A program made the translations under genes and the position numbers. DNA of 64,000 nucleotides. Source: a virus. Taxonomy: Duplodnaviria; Caudoviricetes. The stretch lies in the IMG/VR virus record IMGVR_UViG_3300047567_000025, positions 128,001 to 192,000 of that record. One strand, given 5' to 3'. Every line of letters starts with the position of its first letter. Positions within the stretch are counted from its first letter, which is position 1. Positions 30,870 through 40,509 of the stretch are shown here, in pieces. The notes beneath the pieces were generated by a model. That model ran no database searches and was not told the origin of the DNA. It saw nothing but the letters and a program-made list of their open reading frames with translations.

Positions 30870-32495
30870 ATGAAAGAGCCATCGAATAAGACACTCATGT
30901 ACATGTTTGATCCAGATGAAGAGTACACCTACAATATTAAGCATGGAACAGTTTATCCTTATAACGGTTTTCCAAAAGGACTATATGGAAGGAAATATAA
31001 AAAGACAAGATTCATACTCTGGGAGCCTATTCCGGAAGATATTATAATTAGGCATTATGGCTCACAGATATTTGTTAATTTCTCTGCAGTTTTTCCAAAT
31101 GATATTGAAGATCCAGCAATTCAATTGTTTCAGATGCGTGCTAAACGTGTTGATTTACAAAATCTAATTTGTGAACAAATAAATTTCTTCACGGCATTAT
31201 ATGATGACGATAATGATCTAATAACATCAATGCTGATTGCAAAATATATAACTGATTCACAAACATACACGATTGTCACGTTTGAAGATTTCTATATGAA
31301 ATTATATGAGACATTATTCCCCGAGAGGACACTTGAGAAAATCAGAAAGATGGTAGATGAAAATGATGTTGGCGATGATATCGTAGGATTGTTTCCATTA
31401 GACTTTCTCAGAGATGTATATATTGTATCTTTCATGATAAAAGTCATGCATATATACATTGAGCATTTCATTTTATCGACAGGCAATTCTCCTAAAGATT
31501 TATATGAATTATTTGCAAAAGCATTTACTTATATTATGAATTCTATTAATCCAAATATGTATGTGCTTTTGTATAACTATGTAAACAAGAGTGTTGCTCA
31601 GTCAATATCAAGCAATTCAAATATATATGATATGCAAGCTATAGATGGTGTTACTGCACCAACTACATCGCAGGTTGTAATGAGAAAGATATTACTATGT
31701 GATGGTCTAATTAAATTAACATTTGCTTCGGCATGGGATAAAATTAATAAAAGACCAACATTTTCATGTGTAGGTCTTATCAAAGCAATTGTATCAAGAG
31801 CTGCTTTCCTAACAAGGAAAACACAATTGCGATTTTCATTAGTAAATGTTGATGACGTGTCACAACTTCTCAGCGACAATATTAATTCAAATTCTCCTAT
31901 TTCAATGATTAGATCTTTTAATCCCGGAGAATATAGCTGCATGTTAAAAGATTTAAATATTATAATTGCACAAATTGCATTAGAAATAGATTTATCGCCC
32001 GTTGATTATTATCTTGAGAATATAGTACAGATCAACGATCTATCAAAAATGTTAATAGATCTTGTTCTGTATAACAAGTTTCATTCTTCTATATCGACAA
32101 ATACATTGTCTATGAAGCAAAAATTTATCCTGCTACTTTATGTACGGCATCTAGTTATGAAAATATACAATCTAACAGAAGAAGATACAAAAGGAAATCT
32201 TTTGATTAATATTTTAATGGCAAAGATTGTTTCACAAACAACGAAAACATTGACGCAGAAAGACTTGAATGGTATCAAGAAATATATCAAGCTTAATAAC
32301 TTGAAGAGTTACCTGCTTTCTGAGAAAAATACGAACATGTTTATTGAATCAATAATGCATTGTGTATTAGCATCATATACAATCGTAAATCATAACAGTG
32401 TAGAATTATTAGGAACACCATTACTATATGAATCAGGTAATATGACATTATCACTTTTGGATATGGTTATCCAGTTATTCGAATTTATGAAATGA
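30870..32495 (+). CDS. Probable sigma-like promoter-specificity subunit of the non-virion RNAP (AR9 gp226/phiKZ gp68 type)
   Basis: 541 aa, appears largely alpha-helical, directly upstream of the beta' gene; assignment inferred from size, character and context. Confidence 0.45.
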   Translation: MKEPSNKTLMYMFDPDEEYTYNIKHGTVYPYNGFPKGLYGRKYKKTRFILWEPIPEDIIIRHYGSQIFVNFSAVFPNDIEDPAIQLFQMRAKRVDLQNLICEQINFFTALYDDDNDLITSMLIAKYITDSQTYTIVTFEDFYMKLYETLFPERTLEKIRKMVDENDVGDDIVGLFPLDFLRDVYIVSFMIKVMHIYIEHFILSTGNSPKDLYELFAKAFTYIMNSINPNMYVLLYNYVNKSVAQSISSNSNIYDMQAIDGVTAPTTSQVVMRKILLCDGLIKLTFASAWDKINKRPTFSCVGLIKAIVSRAAFLTRKTQLRFSLVNVDDVSQLLSDNINSNSPISMIRSFNPGEYSCMLKDLNIIIAQIALEIDLSPVDYYLENIVQINDLSKMLIDLVLYNKFHSSISTNTLSMKQKFILLLYVRHLVMKIYNLTEEDTKGNLLINILMAKIVSQTTKTLTQKDLNGIKKYIKLNNLKSYLLSEKNTNMFIESIMHCVLASYTIVNHNSVELLGTPLLYESGNMTLSLLDMVIQLFEFMK

Positions 32496-32521
32496 TTTAA
32501 TGGGAAAACGGAGGAAGAAGA

Positions 32522-33901
32522 ATGAAATCAGTAAGATTTAATTATGAAGTCGAATATTTGGTTGATATGATTACAAATAATGGATTCCTCATTAAGAATG
32601 ATGATAAATATTCACCAACAAATATTGACGCATTAATTAATTCATCAAATTTTATGGATTGCGAATATCGTTGTGATTGTGGTGCTTTTATCGGTCAAGA
32701 CATTATTGGTCAGATCTGTCCTAAATGCCATTCGGAAATAGCATTGCACTCACTAAATTTTCAATATACAGGATGGCTTAATCTAAGTCCACACAAAGTA
32801 ATTTCGCCAATATATTACAATATGCTTAAACGAGTCCTTGGAGTAAATATGCTAAAGTTTATTCTTGGAGACTATAAAACTGATAATTCCGTACAGTATA
32901 ACGAAAATGACGTTGACTTCGAAAATAATAAGAAGAATAAGAAGACTGGTAGAATATCACAGAACGATATAGCTTATATACAGAAGAAGATACCTAAGTC
33001 AAAATATATGTATAAGGGTATTGGTCATGATGAATTCTGTAATCGCTTTGAAGAAATAATGACAGCTTGTGCGCCTAAAAATAATGAAGAATTATCAATT
33101 CTTTTAAATGAAAAAGATGATGTATTTACATCGAAAATTCCTATATATTCAACAGCATTTCGACCTGTATCAAAAACATCAGAGACAATGTTCTATCCAA
33201 AAATAAATAAATGGTTTTCTATGATGACATCGATATATTGCAAACTTGAGGATATGGTTCTCGACATTGAAAAAATACAAGCATTAAATTTCATTCAAAA
33301 CTATTGGATTGAAGCCGTCGATTATGTTATCAAAAATGAACTGTCTAAAAAGGATGGCTTTGTCCGTTCAGAAATAGTCGGAGGAACATTTTCGTTTTCT
33401 GCTAGATCAGTCATAATTCTTGACATATCACTGAATGCAGATGAAGTTGATTTGCCGCTATCGATGGTCATGACAGCGTATCAATACAAAATAACACATC
33501 GTTTAGCTGTTAGATATAATATGACATTAGAGCAAGCATATTTGTTTGTGAATACAAATGAGAATAATGAAATTGTTATGAAAATAATTGACGAGATAAT
33601 CGCTGAAGAGCAGTGGATATTTATTCTTCGTGAGCCGACTGATAATCTCGCATCTATTGCACTTTGTAAAATACGTAATTACAAAGTCAATGATGATACA
33701 ATTTCACTACCGCCTGAACCTTTATCAGGATTCAATGCAGATTTTGATGGAGATGCTTTAAATCTAGCATTCTTACCGAAAGAAGTTGTTCCTGATTTTG
33801 AAGCATTTCACTATTCATGCATGACGAATTATGTAACTGAGAATATCAGTATTGATCTACTTTCATGGTGTGATATCTCATTAGGCAGAATGTCAGAATA
33901 A
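32522..33901 (+). CDS. RNA polymerase beta'-like subunit (N-terminal Zn-binding plus catalytic part), probably non-virion RNAP
   Basis: CDCG...CPKC Zn finger, SARSVII, LREPT and catalytic FNADFDGD. Confidence 0.92.
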   Translation: MKSVRFNYEVEYLVDMITNNGFLIKNDDKYSPTNIDALINSSNFMDCEYRCDCGAFIGQDIIGQICPKCHSEIALHSLNFQYTGWLNLSPHKVISPIYYNMLKRVLGVNMLKFILGDYKTDNSVQYNENDVDFENNKKNKKTGRISQNDIAYIQKKIPKSKYMYKGIGHDEFCNRFEEIMTACAPKNNEELSILLNEKDDVFTSKIPIYSTAFRPVSKTSETMFYPKINKWFSMMTSIYCKLEDMVLDIEKIQALNFIQNYWIEAVDYVIKNELSKKDGFVRSEIVGGTFSFSARSVIILDISLNADEVDLPLSMVMTAYQYKITHRLAVRYNMTLEQAYLFVNTNENNEIVMKIIDEIIAEEQWIFILREPTDNLASIALCKIRNYKVNDDTISLPPEPLSGFNADFDGDALNLAFLPKEVVPDFEAFHYSCMTNYVTENISIDLLSWCDISLGRMSE

Positions 33902-33911
33902 TAAATCATAT

Positions 33912-33943
33912 AGATATTGGGGCTAATATGCCCCAATATCTAT
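33912..33943. terminator. Terminator hairpin after the RNAP operon
   Basis: AGATATTGGGGC-taatat-GCCCCAATATCT. Confidence 0.8.
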
Positions 33944-34062
33944 AATTTCTAATATTTAAATATAGCATTACAATTAATAAATTCATCATATATGTATTCG
34001 TATACCTGTATTATCGCTTTCACAACAGTAAATCAACATTATAGAAATAAGGAGGACTTACT

Positions 34063-34275
34063 ATGAAGCAAAATCATTATGGAAATATGTGTTGGTATTG
34101 CAGTAATAACGAATGCAAATTTATTTATACAAATAAATTACAAGAAGGGATGGAACTTGAAGAAGGATCAAAATACAGCCTGAAAAAATGTCCATATTTT
34201 ATAAAGATGACAAAAACAAAGAAACAAAAAACAGAGTGGGTTAAGTCATTTAATGACTTACTTATTATTCACTAA
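34063..34275 (+). CDS. Small Cys-containing protein (70 aa)
   Basis: SD AGGAGG; CWYC...C...CPYF. Confidence 0.65.
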   Translation: MKQNHYGNMCWYCSNNECKFIYTNKLQEGMELEEGSKYSLKKCPYFIKMTKTKKQKTEWVKSFNDLLIIH

Positions 34276-34427
34276 TTAAAAAAACAATCATAAATAGGCT
34301 GATTTATTTAATCAGCCTATTTTTTTTATTTGATATAATAAACCTATTAATATATTTGGATGAGTTAAACAATAAATCATTATAAAAATATCCAAATATA
34401 ATAGTAACGATTAATATTATTATAATT

Positions 34428-34513
34428 GCCTTTGTGGTGGAATTGGCAGACACGAGGGACTTAAAATCCCTTGATTTGATATCATACCGGTTCGAGTCCG
34501 GTCAAAGGCACCA
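34428..34513 (+). tRNA. tRNA-Leu (anticodon TAA)
   Basis: Acceptor stem GCCTTTG/CAAAGGC, D-arm GGAATTGGCAGAC, anticodon arm AGGGA-CTTAAAA-TCCCT, long variable arm, GGTTCGAGTCC, encoded CCA. Confidence 0.96.
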
Positions 34514-34524
34514 GATGTTTTGAT

Positions 34525-34830
34525 GGTACGCTTTCTCAGTATTAAAAAGCGGCTGAATTATTTGTCTCTGGAACGGTAATTCGTATATAGTTATTATTAA
34601 ACGATTAATACAGATCATTAGTATAAATCTATTGTTCGACTTTAACCAGATAAAGCGTGTATTGAAATACAATAGTTATTCAACATATGTTATTATAGAC
34701 TAATTCCAGATGGATTAAAATTGTATATGTGGGATTAGGAGTGACTTAACGATTTAGTTTGATATATATAGTCTTAATAAGTCATAAAGTATGAAATTAG
34801 GATTATAATAACATTACGTTGAACAATAAA
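34525..34830 (+). ncRNA. Candidate structured ncRNA downstream of the tRNA
   Basis: No ORF in the track; several complementary segments, including two pseudoknot-type pairings; closed by a terminator at 34838-34880. Confidence 0.45.
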
Positions 34831-34837
34831 AAGACAT

Positions 34838-34880
34838 TTTATAATTGGAGCCCATATGGGCTCCAATTATAATGTTTTTT
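34838..34880 (+). terminator. Strong terminator after the tRNA/ncRNA region
   Basis: ATAATTGGAGCCC-atat-GGGCTCCAATTAT followed by a T-run. Confidence 0.85.
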
Positions 34881-35160
34881 ATTATTTTGAATCTTTAAAT
34901 ATATATTATTAATATGAATAATAATCGAGCAAGAATACATAAATATGAAAGAAGGTGTTATTATGAATGAAATTAGTGAAATTGTCATTATTGACACAAC
35001 AGATTCAATCATTATAAATGATTAATTTTTAAATACTTTCCAAAACAGCATAAACCAACTTGCTCGATTATTATATAATAAGTAAAATATTTAAATATAA
35101 TAAATTTATTATTAAAGCAATCACAGAGCTGTATACAATCTGTGAAGAAAGAGGTATATT

Positions 35161-35532
35161 ATGATGCAAGACTTTAAAACAATTGATGAATTCGTACGGT
35201 TCCTCGAAACAGTTCCAGCAGGCCTATTCACAAGTGAATCATCATATGAATCATTAGATGATGATGACTCTTCTGATGATGCATTTGACGATTGTTGTCA
35301 TTCATGTGCAACACTCTCATGTTGGCCGAAGTCATATAACGATCCGACAATCGATCAGATCGATTATACATGTTGCTCATTGTTTATCCTCGGAAATGGA
35401 AAATGTAATTGGAATAATATAAACAAAATCCGCGAATATGGTTATGAAGTGCGTGCTGGCGAGGAGGATAGCTTCAGTTGGTTGACCGGTATATTGGAAT
35501 TCCCAGACGGTCGTCAGGTTGTATATGGTTAA
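35161..35532 (+). CDS. Hypothetical protein (123 aa), cassette C cargo
   Basis: Preceded by the conserved leader hairpin and SD. Confidence 0.75.
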   Translation: MMQDFKTIDEFVRFLETVPAGLFTSESSYESLDDDDSSDDAFDDCCHSCATLSCWPKSYNDPTIDQIDYTCCSLFILGNGKCNWNNINKIREYGYEVRAGEEDSFSWLTGILEFPDGRQVVYG

Positions 35533-35566
35533 GAGGTGATGTCATATAAATAAGAAAATAAGCAAT

Positions 35567-37090
35567 ATGTTGTCAAGATTTCCAATGTGTCTTATGTGCA
35601 TATTGGCTATCATGTCCAGTACTGCAATAGGAATTGTCATTAGCAAAATTAACTTGATGGAATCCAAAATATCTCAGTTGTTCACAGTAGAAACCCTGAT
35701 AAATCTGTTTCTGTTATATGTGTTAACCCATGCTTTAGAGATCTTTTTGAAGGTATTTCAAAAAGGCTTTAGTATGAAAGTTACGAATAATTGCTATTTG
35801 AAGTATTTTGACAGAATCTCAAAATCGTCAATAGCTGATATTCAACGAGTATCAACCGGTAAAATATTCGATGCTGTCAACGACATTTCCAAGCATACCG
35901 GTGATATCTTTTCGGAAATGATTACAATCATGCCAACCATAGTCCCGTTTGGTGTATTGATTTATAAACTTGGAAAGGTTTCAATAATATCAGCATTGAT
36001 AACGGTTGTTGACATTATTGTATCGCTCGTCATGATAATGATGACTGATAAGATGTTCAGTTTCGATACGGAGGCAAAGAAATATAAAGCAAAATTGTCA
36101 GGTGTCACTGTTGATAATTTTATGAATATCAAAACCCTGAAATACTTAGGGAAATTTAGTTTTGGTTATTCAAGGTTGAAGAACCAACAACAAGAAACAT
36201 ATCCATATTTTGTCAATAGTGGAAAGATACTCTTTTGGCAATTAATAGATATCGTGATGATAACACCGCTGATTATAAATATTTATATAAGTCGTGGTGA
36301 TACTAATATGATAGCTTTTATACTTTTGAGCAATTATACAATTGATAATACAACTGGCTATTTATGTAATATAGCTGATTTGATTATCGAAAGAAATGCA
36401 GCGTTATCTGTCATCAAAGACATCGATGGTTCTGATATGGAAAAACCAAAATCGATGCCAGACGTATTGAAGCTACATAATATGGGATTCAACTACGGAA
36501 AAGATTCGACACATTTCTATATTGAAGATCTTGAATTCAGGAAAGGTGAAAGATATCATGTCACTGGTGAATCTGGTCAGGGTAAATCTTCATTAGCTAA
36601 TCTGATAGTTGGTGCTATCAAACCAACAAATGGAAAAATTGATAAAATCAAAACATTTTATGTATACCAAGAAACTGAATGTTTTGATGATACATTACGA
36701 AACAATATCAAGTTCTATGATGATTCAATATCCGATCTTGAAATACTGAAACTCTTCGACGAATGCAATATGCTGGATTGGTATTACTCATTGAAAGATG
36801 GGCTTGATACGGTAATGGGTGAAAGAGGATTCAAGCTATCATCTGGTCAGAAGCAGCGTATCAATATTATACGTGCGATTCTGCGTATGAGAGAAATGAA
36901 TGATGAGTTCATTATTCTTGATGAGATTACGTCGAACTTGGATACTGAAACTGAAAAGCTTGCTATTGATCTTATCGACAAGAATTGTAAAGGAACACTG
37001 ATGGTTATATCACATCATGGTGACTTTGCTAATATATGTCGGAACCACATTGAGGTTGTTGAGCATAAATTCATTCAAGCAAAATCATAG
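35567..37090 (+). CDS. ABC transporter, fused permease and ATP-binding domains (exporter type)
   Basis: N-terminal TM helices; Walker A GESGQGKS, signature LSSGQKQR, Walker B IILDE, H-loop ISH. Confidence 0.92.
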   Translation: MLSRFPMCLMCILAIMSSTAIGIVISKINLMESKISQLFTVETLINLFLLYVLTHALEIFLKVFQKGFSMKVTNNCYLKYFDRISKSSIADIQRVSTGKIFDAVNDISKHTGDIFSEMITIMPTIVPFGVLIYKLGKVSIISALITVVDIIVSLVMIMMTDKMFSFDTEAKKYKAKLSGVTVDNFMNIKTLKYLGKFSFGYSRLKNQQQETYPYFVNSGKILFWQLIDIVMITPLIINIYISRGDTNMIAFILLSNYTIDNTTGYLCNIADLIIERNAALSVIKDIDGSDMEKPKSMPDVLKLHNMGFNYGKDSTHFYIEDLEFRKGERYHVTGESGQGKSSLANLIVGAIKPTNGKIDKIKTFYVYQETECFDDTLRNNIKFYDDSISDLEILKLFDECNMLDWYYSLKDGLDTVMGERGFKLSSGQKQRINIIRAILRMREMNDEFIILDEITSNLDTETEKLAIDLIDKNCKGTLMVISHHGDFANICRNHIEVVEHKFIQAKS

Positions 37091-37173
37091 AAATAAACGG
37101 GTCTTTAAAGACCCGTTTAAATAATATTAACGTTTCATGGTATTATATAAATCCATGAGGAAGGAATTTAAAA

Positions 37174-38139
37174 ATGTTATACGCTTACAAAATTCTCACA
37201 GGAAAAGAAAAAATCAAAAAAATCGACTTTATCAACGGTATTGATCCTACTCGTTATGTTGTAACCAATACAGGATACGTTATCGATGATAAAAGAGGAG
37301 TACTAAAGACAGCAAAAAGTGCAAATGGTATACCTGTCATGTCGAATGCTGTATATCTATGTACTGTCGACAATAAATATGTTGAATGTTCAACAGCATA
37401 TATAGTCGCTAAGGCATTCATACCGGTGCCTAAATATATTAGCGAAAAATATTTGATTGCTCATGTTAAATCATGCAATGAGCAAGAATGCTATAATGTA
37501 AATAATATATGCTGGGATATAGATTACTCATATTTCATCGATGACAAATCACTATTGACAAAGACACGCCTACTAATATCTGCAGATGAGCTTCCAGACA
37601 TTATAGCAGCTATTAAGACATCTTTTAATAATGGTGAATTTAATATGTCACACATTGCAAATAAACTAAATTGCAGTCGTAGTAAAGTAGTAACAATATT
37701 ACACTGTAAAAAATTACATCCTGAGTTGGATAAACTTCGTGAAATGTATATGATGAATAGAAGAGCATGCGGCGTTCGTTATTCATTTACGATACCTGAA
37801 ATTGAGGAGATGTGCAAATCTTTAGCAAATAATGAAAAGATTTCAGACGCCATCAGAGAAGTTAATGAAAAAGGTATATCTGTAAGCATCAAATATATGT
37901 CGTTGCTTAGAAAGAAAATCATATGCACTGATATATCAGACAACTTCTTTGGATATGAAAATGCATATAATCCTCCAATAGAAGAATATGATGATATAAC
38001 AGGTGATAAACTGATGGAATATGCCTCATTGGAGGAACTATCATATGTATCATGCTTACGTCGAGATTTGATATACAGTCACATCATGCACAAATATCCA
38101 TATAACGGCGTTATATGGGTAATCAAAGATAATGAATAA
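37174..38139 (+). CDS. Degenerate HNH homing-endonuclease-like DNA-binding protein
   Basis: YVVTNTGYV, YIVAKAFIPVP and NVNNICW resemble the NUMOD4-HNH scaffold (HRLVAEAFIPNP...NLEW); C-terminal HTH-like segments. Confidence 0.55.
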   Translation: MLYAYKILTGKEKIKKIDFINGIDPTRYVVTNTGYVIDDKRGVLKTAKSANGIPVMSNAVYLCTVDNKYVECSTAYIVAKAFIPVPKYISEKYLIAHVKSCNEQECYNVNNICWDIDYSYFIDDKSLLTKTRLLISADELPDIIAAIKTSFNNGEFNMSHIANKLNCSRSKVVTILHCKKLHPELDKLREMYMMNRRACGVRYSFTIPEIEEMCKSLANNEKISDAIREVNEKGISVSIKYMSLLRKKIICTDISDNFFGYENAYNPPIEEYDDITGDKLMEYASLEELSYVSCLRRDLIYSHIMHKYPYNGVIWVIKDNE

Positions 38140-38174
38140 TATGAGATTAATTATTAAAAAATAAAATAAAAAAT

Positions 38175-38197
38175 AGTGGGGCATTAATGCCCCACTT
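38175..38197. terminator. Bidirectional terminator
   Basis: AGTGGGGC-attaat-GCCCCACT with A/T tracts. Confidence 0.8.
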
Positions 38198-38205
38198 TAT
38201 TTTTT

Positions 38206-39522
38206 TTATTCTGATATATAATCATCTATATCAAATGGATTAATTTTTCCCGCATTATCAGGAGCTTTAGAAACTATCTTCAAAAGCTCTTCTTTCGCTG
38301 TTTTCATAAAGATTTTCATTGTAGCTGGGTTTTCATTAAAGTCTTGATAAACAGTTTTCCATGAAAACTTCTCTGATATTGGTTCACCTTTATCATCAAT
38401 AACACGAAATCCTGCTTTATTACCTTTGAGACGTCCTTTGTTATTAAGGAACAATATCAATGAACGAATATTATCAGCACCATTTTCACGTTTATCAATT
38501 ACAATTTGAAATCCCAAACCAGAACGTATATTTCCGCTTTCGCTTGTCGAAGACTTTGTTGGTTCAAATAAAACAGTATTGCCTTCAAATCCATCAATTT
38601 GTGTATGATATCGTGAGTCTTCTGATGTTTCTGCAGAAAGATTAATTACACCAGACGCATTATATTCAAGAGCTTTTCCTCCCGCGATTTTTTCATCATG
38701 TGCACCATACTGAAATTGCTTCTTTACACCAAATGGTCCTGAGATAACTGATGATTTATGAGAAATTACTAAAAACATTATATTTGCTTCTTTCGTCATA
38801 GGTAATATATCTCCTAAGAAGTTTCGCAGCGTCTTGGCATATTGTGCACCTGCCATATTTGATCTGAGTTCATCAATACCATCTATAGATTTTTTATCAC
38901 ATAAATCATATTCTTTTGCAATGACATCTGATATCGAATCTAAGAATACTATTGTCGGAGGCATGAGCTTTATTGGTTTATTGTGTGAGTCTCGACAACC
39001 TGTATCAGTTAGAAGTTTATCTCTATATTTACATTTTGTCTGCCATATTTCTGCTATATCATTTTGCAATGTGTCGTAACCAATTGCTCCACTTCTCAGT
39101 TTATAACGCGGACAATCTTCGTCGAACCATGAATCTGGTAATTTAGATAATGTCCTTGCACGCTGAACAACTAAACGATTCTCAGCATCATAGTGGTATA
39201 TATTTCCATTATATTTATATGCTATATTAGAGCATATTTGTATTCCTATTGTAGATTTGAATGTCTGTGTTGCTCCGGCAATAACATTAAAAGTGCCTGC
39301 TTGTAAGCCTGTGCATAAACGTTTGTCTATTATTGTGCCAGTATCATCTTTGATATTGATTTCATATCCGAAAGCATAATCAATAAGCGATATTCCTGTT
39401 GGATATGAATAATCAATCATATCATTCTTTTTAAAAATATTACTTGATCCACCATTTGACAGTATTGTCATTAAATCAGCGTCTTCAAGTTCTGACTCGA
39501 GTAAACATTTTGCTTTTGCCAT
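38206..39522 (-). CDS. RecA/UvsX-like recombinase
   Basis: PTGISLID, Walker A GATQTFKST, YDAE, Walker B VFLDSI, GGKALEYNAS. Confidence 0.85.
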   Translation of the reverse strand: MAKAKCLLESELEDADLMTILSNGGSSNIFKKNDMIDYSYPTGISLIDYAFGYEINIKDDTGTIIDKRLCTGLQAGTFNVIAGATQTFKSTIGIQICSNIAYKYNGNIYHYDAENRLVVQRARTLSKLPDSWFDEDCPRYKLRSGAIGYDTLQNDIAEIWQTKCKYRDKLLTDTGCRDSHNKPIKLMPPTIVFLDSISDVIAKEYDLCDKKSIDGIDELRSNMAGAQYAKTLRNFLGDILPMTKEANIMFLVISHKSSVISGPFGVKKQFQYGAHDEKIAGGKALEYNASGVINLSAETSEDSRYHTQIDGFEGNTVLFEPTKSSTSESGNIRSGLGFQIVIDKRENGADNIRSLILFLNNKGRLKGNKAGFRVIDDKGEPISEKFSWKTVYQDFNENPATMKIFMKTAKEELLKIVSKAPDNAGKINPFDIDDYISE

Positions 39523-39545
39523 TTAAAATTCCTCCTAAATATTCA

Positions 39546-40505
39546 TTATTCAGATGCGCGATCCTTTGAAATATATCCTAATATATCAAATTCTTTTACA
39601 TATTTCATCGATGTTAACATCTGAACAATGTCATATGCTTCTACAAAAATATCATAAGATTCGTTGTCACTAACAATTGCACCAATATCACGCCTGATTG
39701 TGTAATTGTCATTATTAATATCACATCCTTTTATATTAGGAATCCACATGCCTGACCTGCGTGCATATATTGGTGTCAGTCTATATTTGTCGATGAATCC
39801 TGCTCTATTTTTGTAAGCATTGTATCCTCTGTTATATTTTATGATATCACTTAATTTATATATATTTGCAATAATTTCGTCAATAAACTTTTCAAGATAC
39901 TCTGCTAAAGTCGTTTGTGACTCATTCGAACCAGTCATACCATTTTGCTCCCATGTCAAGCATATCTTATTTTCACAATAGTTTGATGCATATTTCTTGA
40001 TAGTACCAAAGTTACAATCACGTACACAGCAATTTATGTTACAGGAATCGCACCATTTGAGTATATCAAAAAGATGATTTTGATCACTGTCAAGAAGGAA
40101 CGTTGAACGAATTATTGGAGAGCAGTGCATATCAATTATAATGTCACTGTTGTCAATAACATTTTTGATATTTTCTCTTACAGCAGCATTGTTATTCGGA
40201 TTTTCATCAATCCATCCGCGATTTAAATCATTCATGTTTGTATTTGGTATTGGTACATCACGGCAATTTTGAGTCATTCCAGCATAGTTCGCACATGGAA
40301 GTATCGTCAATTGTGATATATTATTACCAGGAAAACCTTTACGGGTTTTATTTTTAAATGATTCATTTAACATGTTAGCCATACTAATAGTGCCCATTTC
40401 ATTACCATGAACACCTGCAATAATTCCAAGTCTTATCGGTGTTGTCGATGATGTTGCATCATTCATTTCAGTCGTTAATAATTCATATTGATATACATTA
40501 TGCAT
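39546..40505 (-). CDS. Succinylglutamate desuccinylase/aspartoacylase (M14-type Zn hydrolase) family protein
   Basis: GVHGNE, DLNR and IDMH motifs. Confidence 0.85.
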   Translation of the reverse strand: MHNVYQYELLTTEMNDATSSTTPIRLGIIAGVHGNEMGTISMANMLNESFKNKTRKGFPGNNISQLTILPCANYAGMTQNCRDVPIPNTNMNDLNRGWIDENPNNNAAVRENIKNVIDNSDIIIDMHCSPIIRSTFLLDSDQNHLFDILKWCDSCNINCCVRDCNFGTIKKYASNYCENKICLTWEQNGMTGSNESQTTLAEYLEKFIDEIIANIYKLSDIIKYNRGYNAYKNRAGFIDKYRLTPIYARRSGMWIPNIKGCDINNDNYTIRRDIGAIVSDNESYDIFVEAYDIVQMLTSMKYVKEFDILGYISKDRASE

Positions 40506-40509
40506 AATA

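Noticed and set aside
30870-32495. Chimallin (phage nucleus shell protein), suggested by its position between DNA polymerase and beta' as in phiKZ
   Set aside because: The sequence looks mostly alpha-helical and is shorter than typical ChmA, with no recognisable chimallin features; a sigma-like subunit is favoured, but HMM or structure checks are needed
34514-34830. tmRNA, RNase P RNA or a second tRNA
   Set aside because: No tRNA-like ends or T-arm with CCA, and no RNase P GAGGAAAGUCC signature
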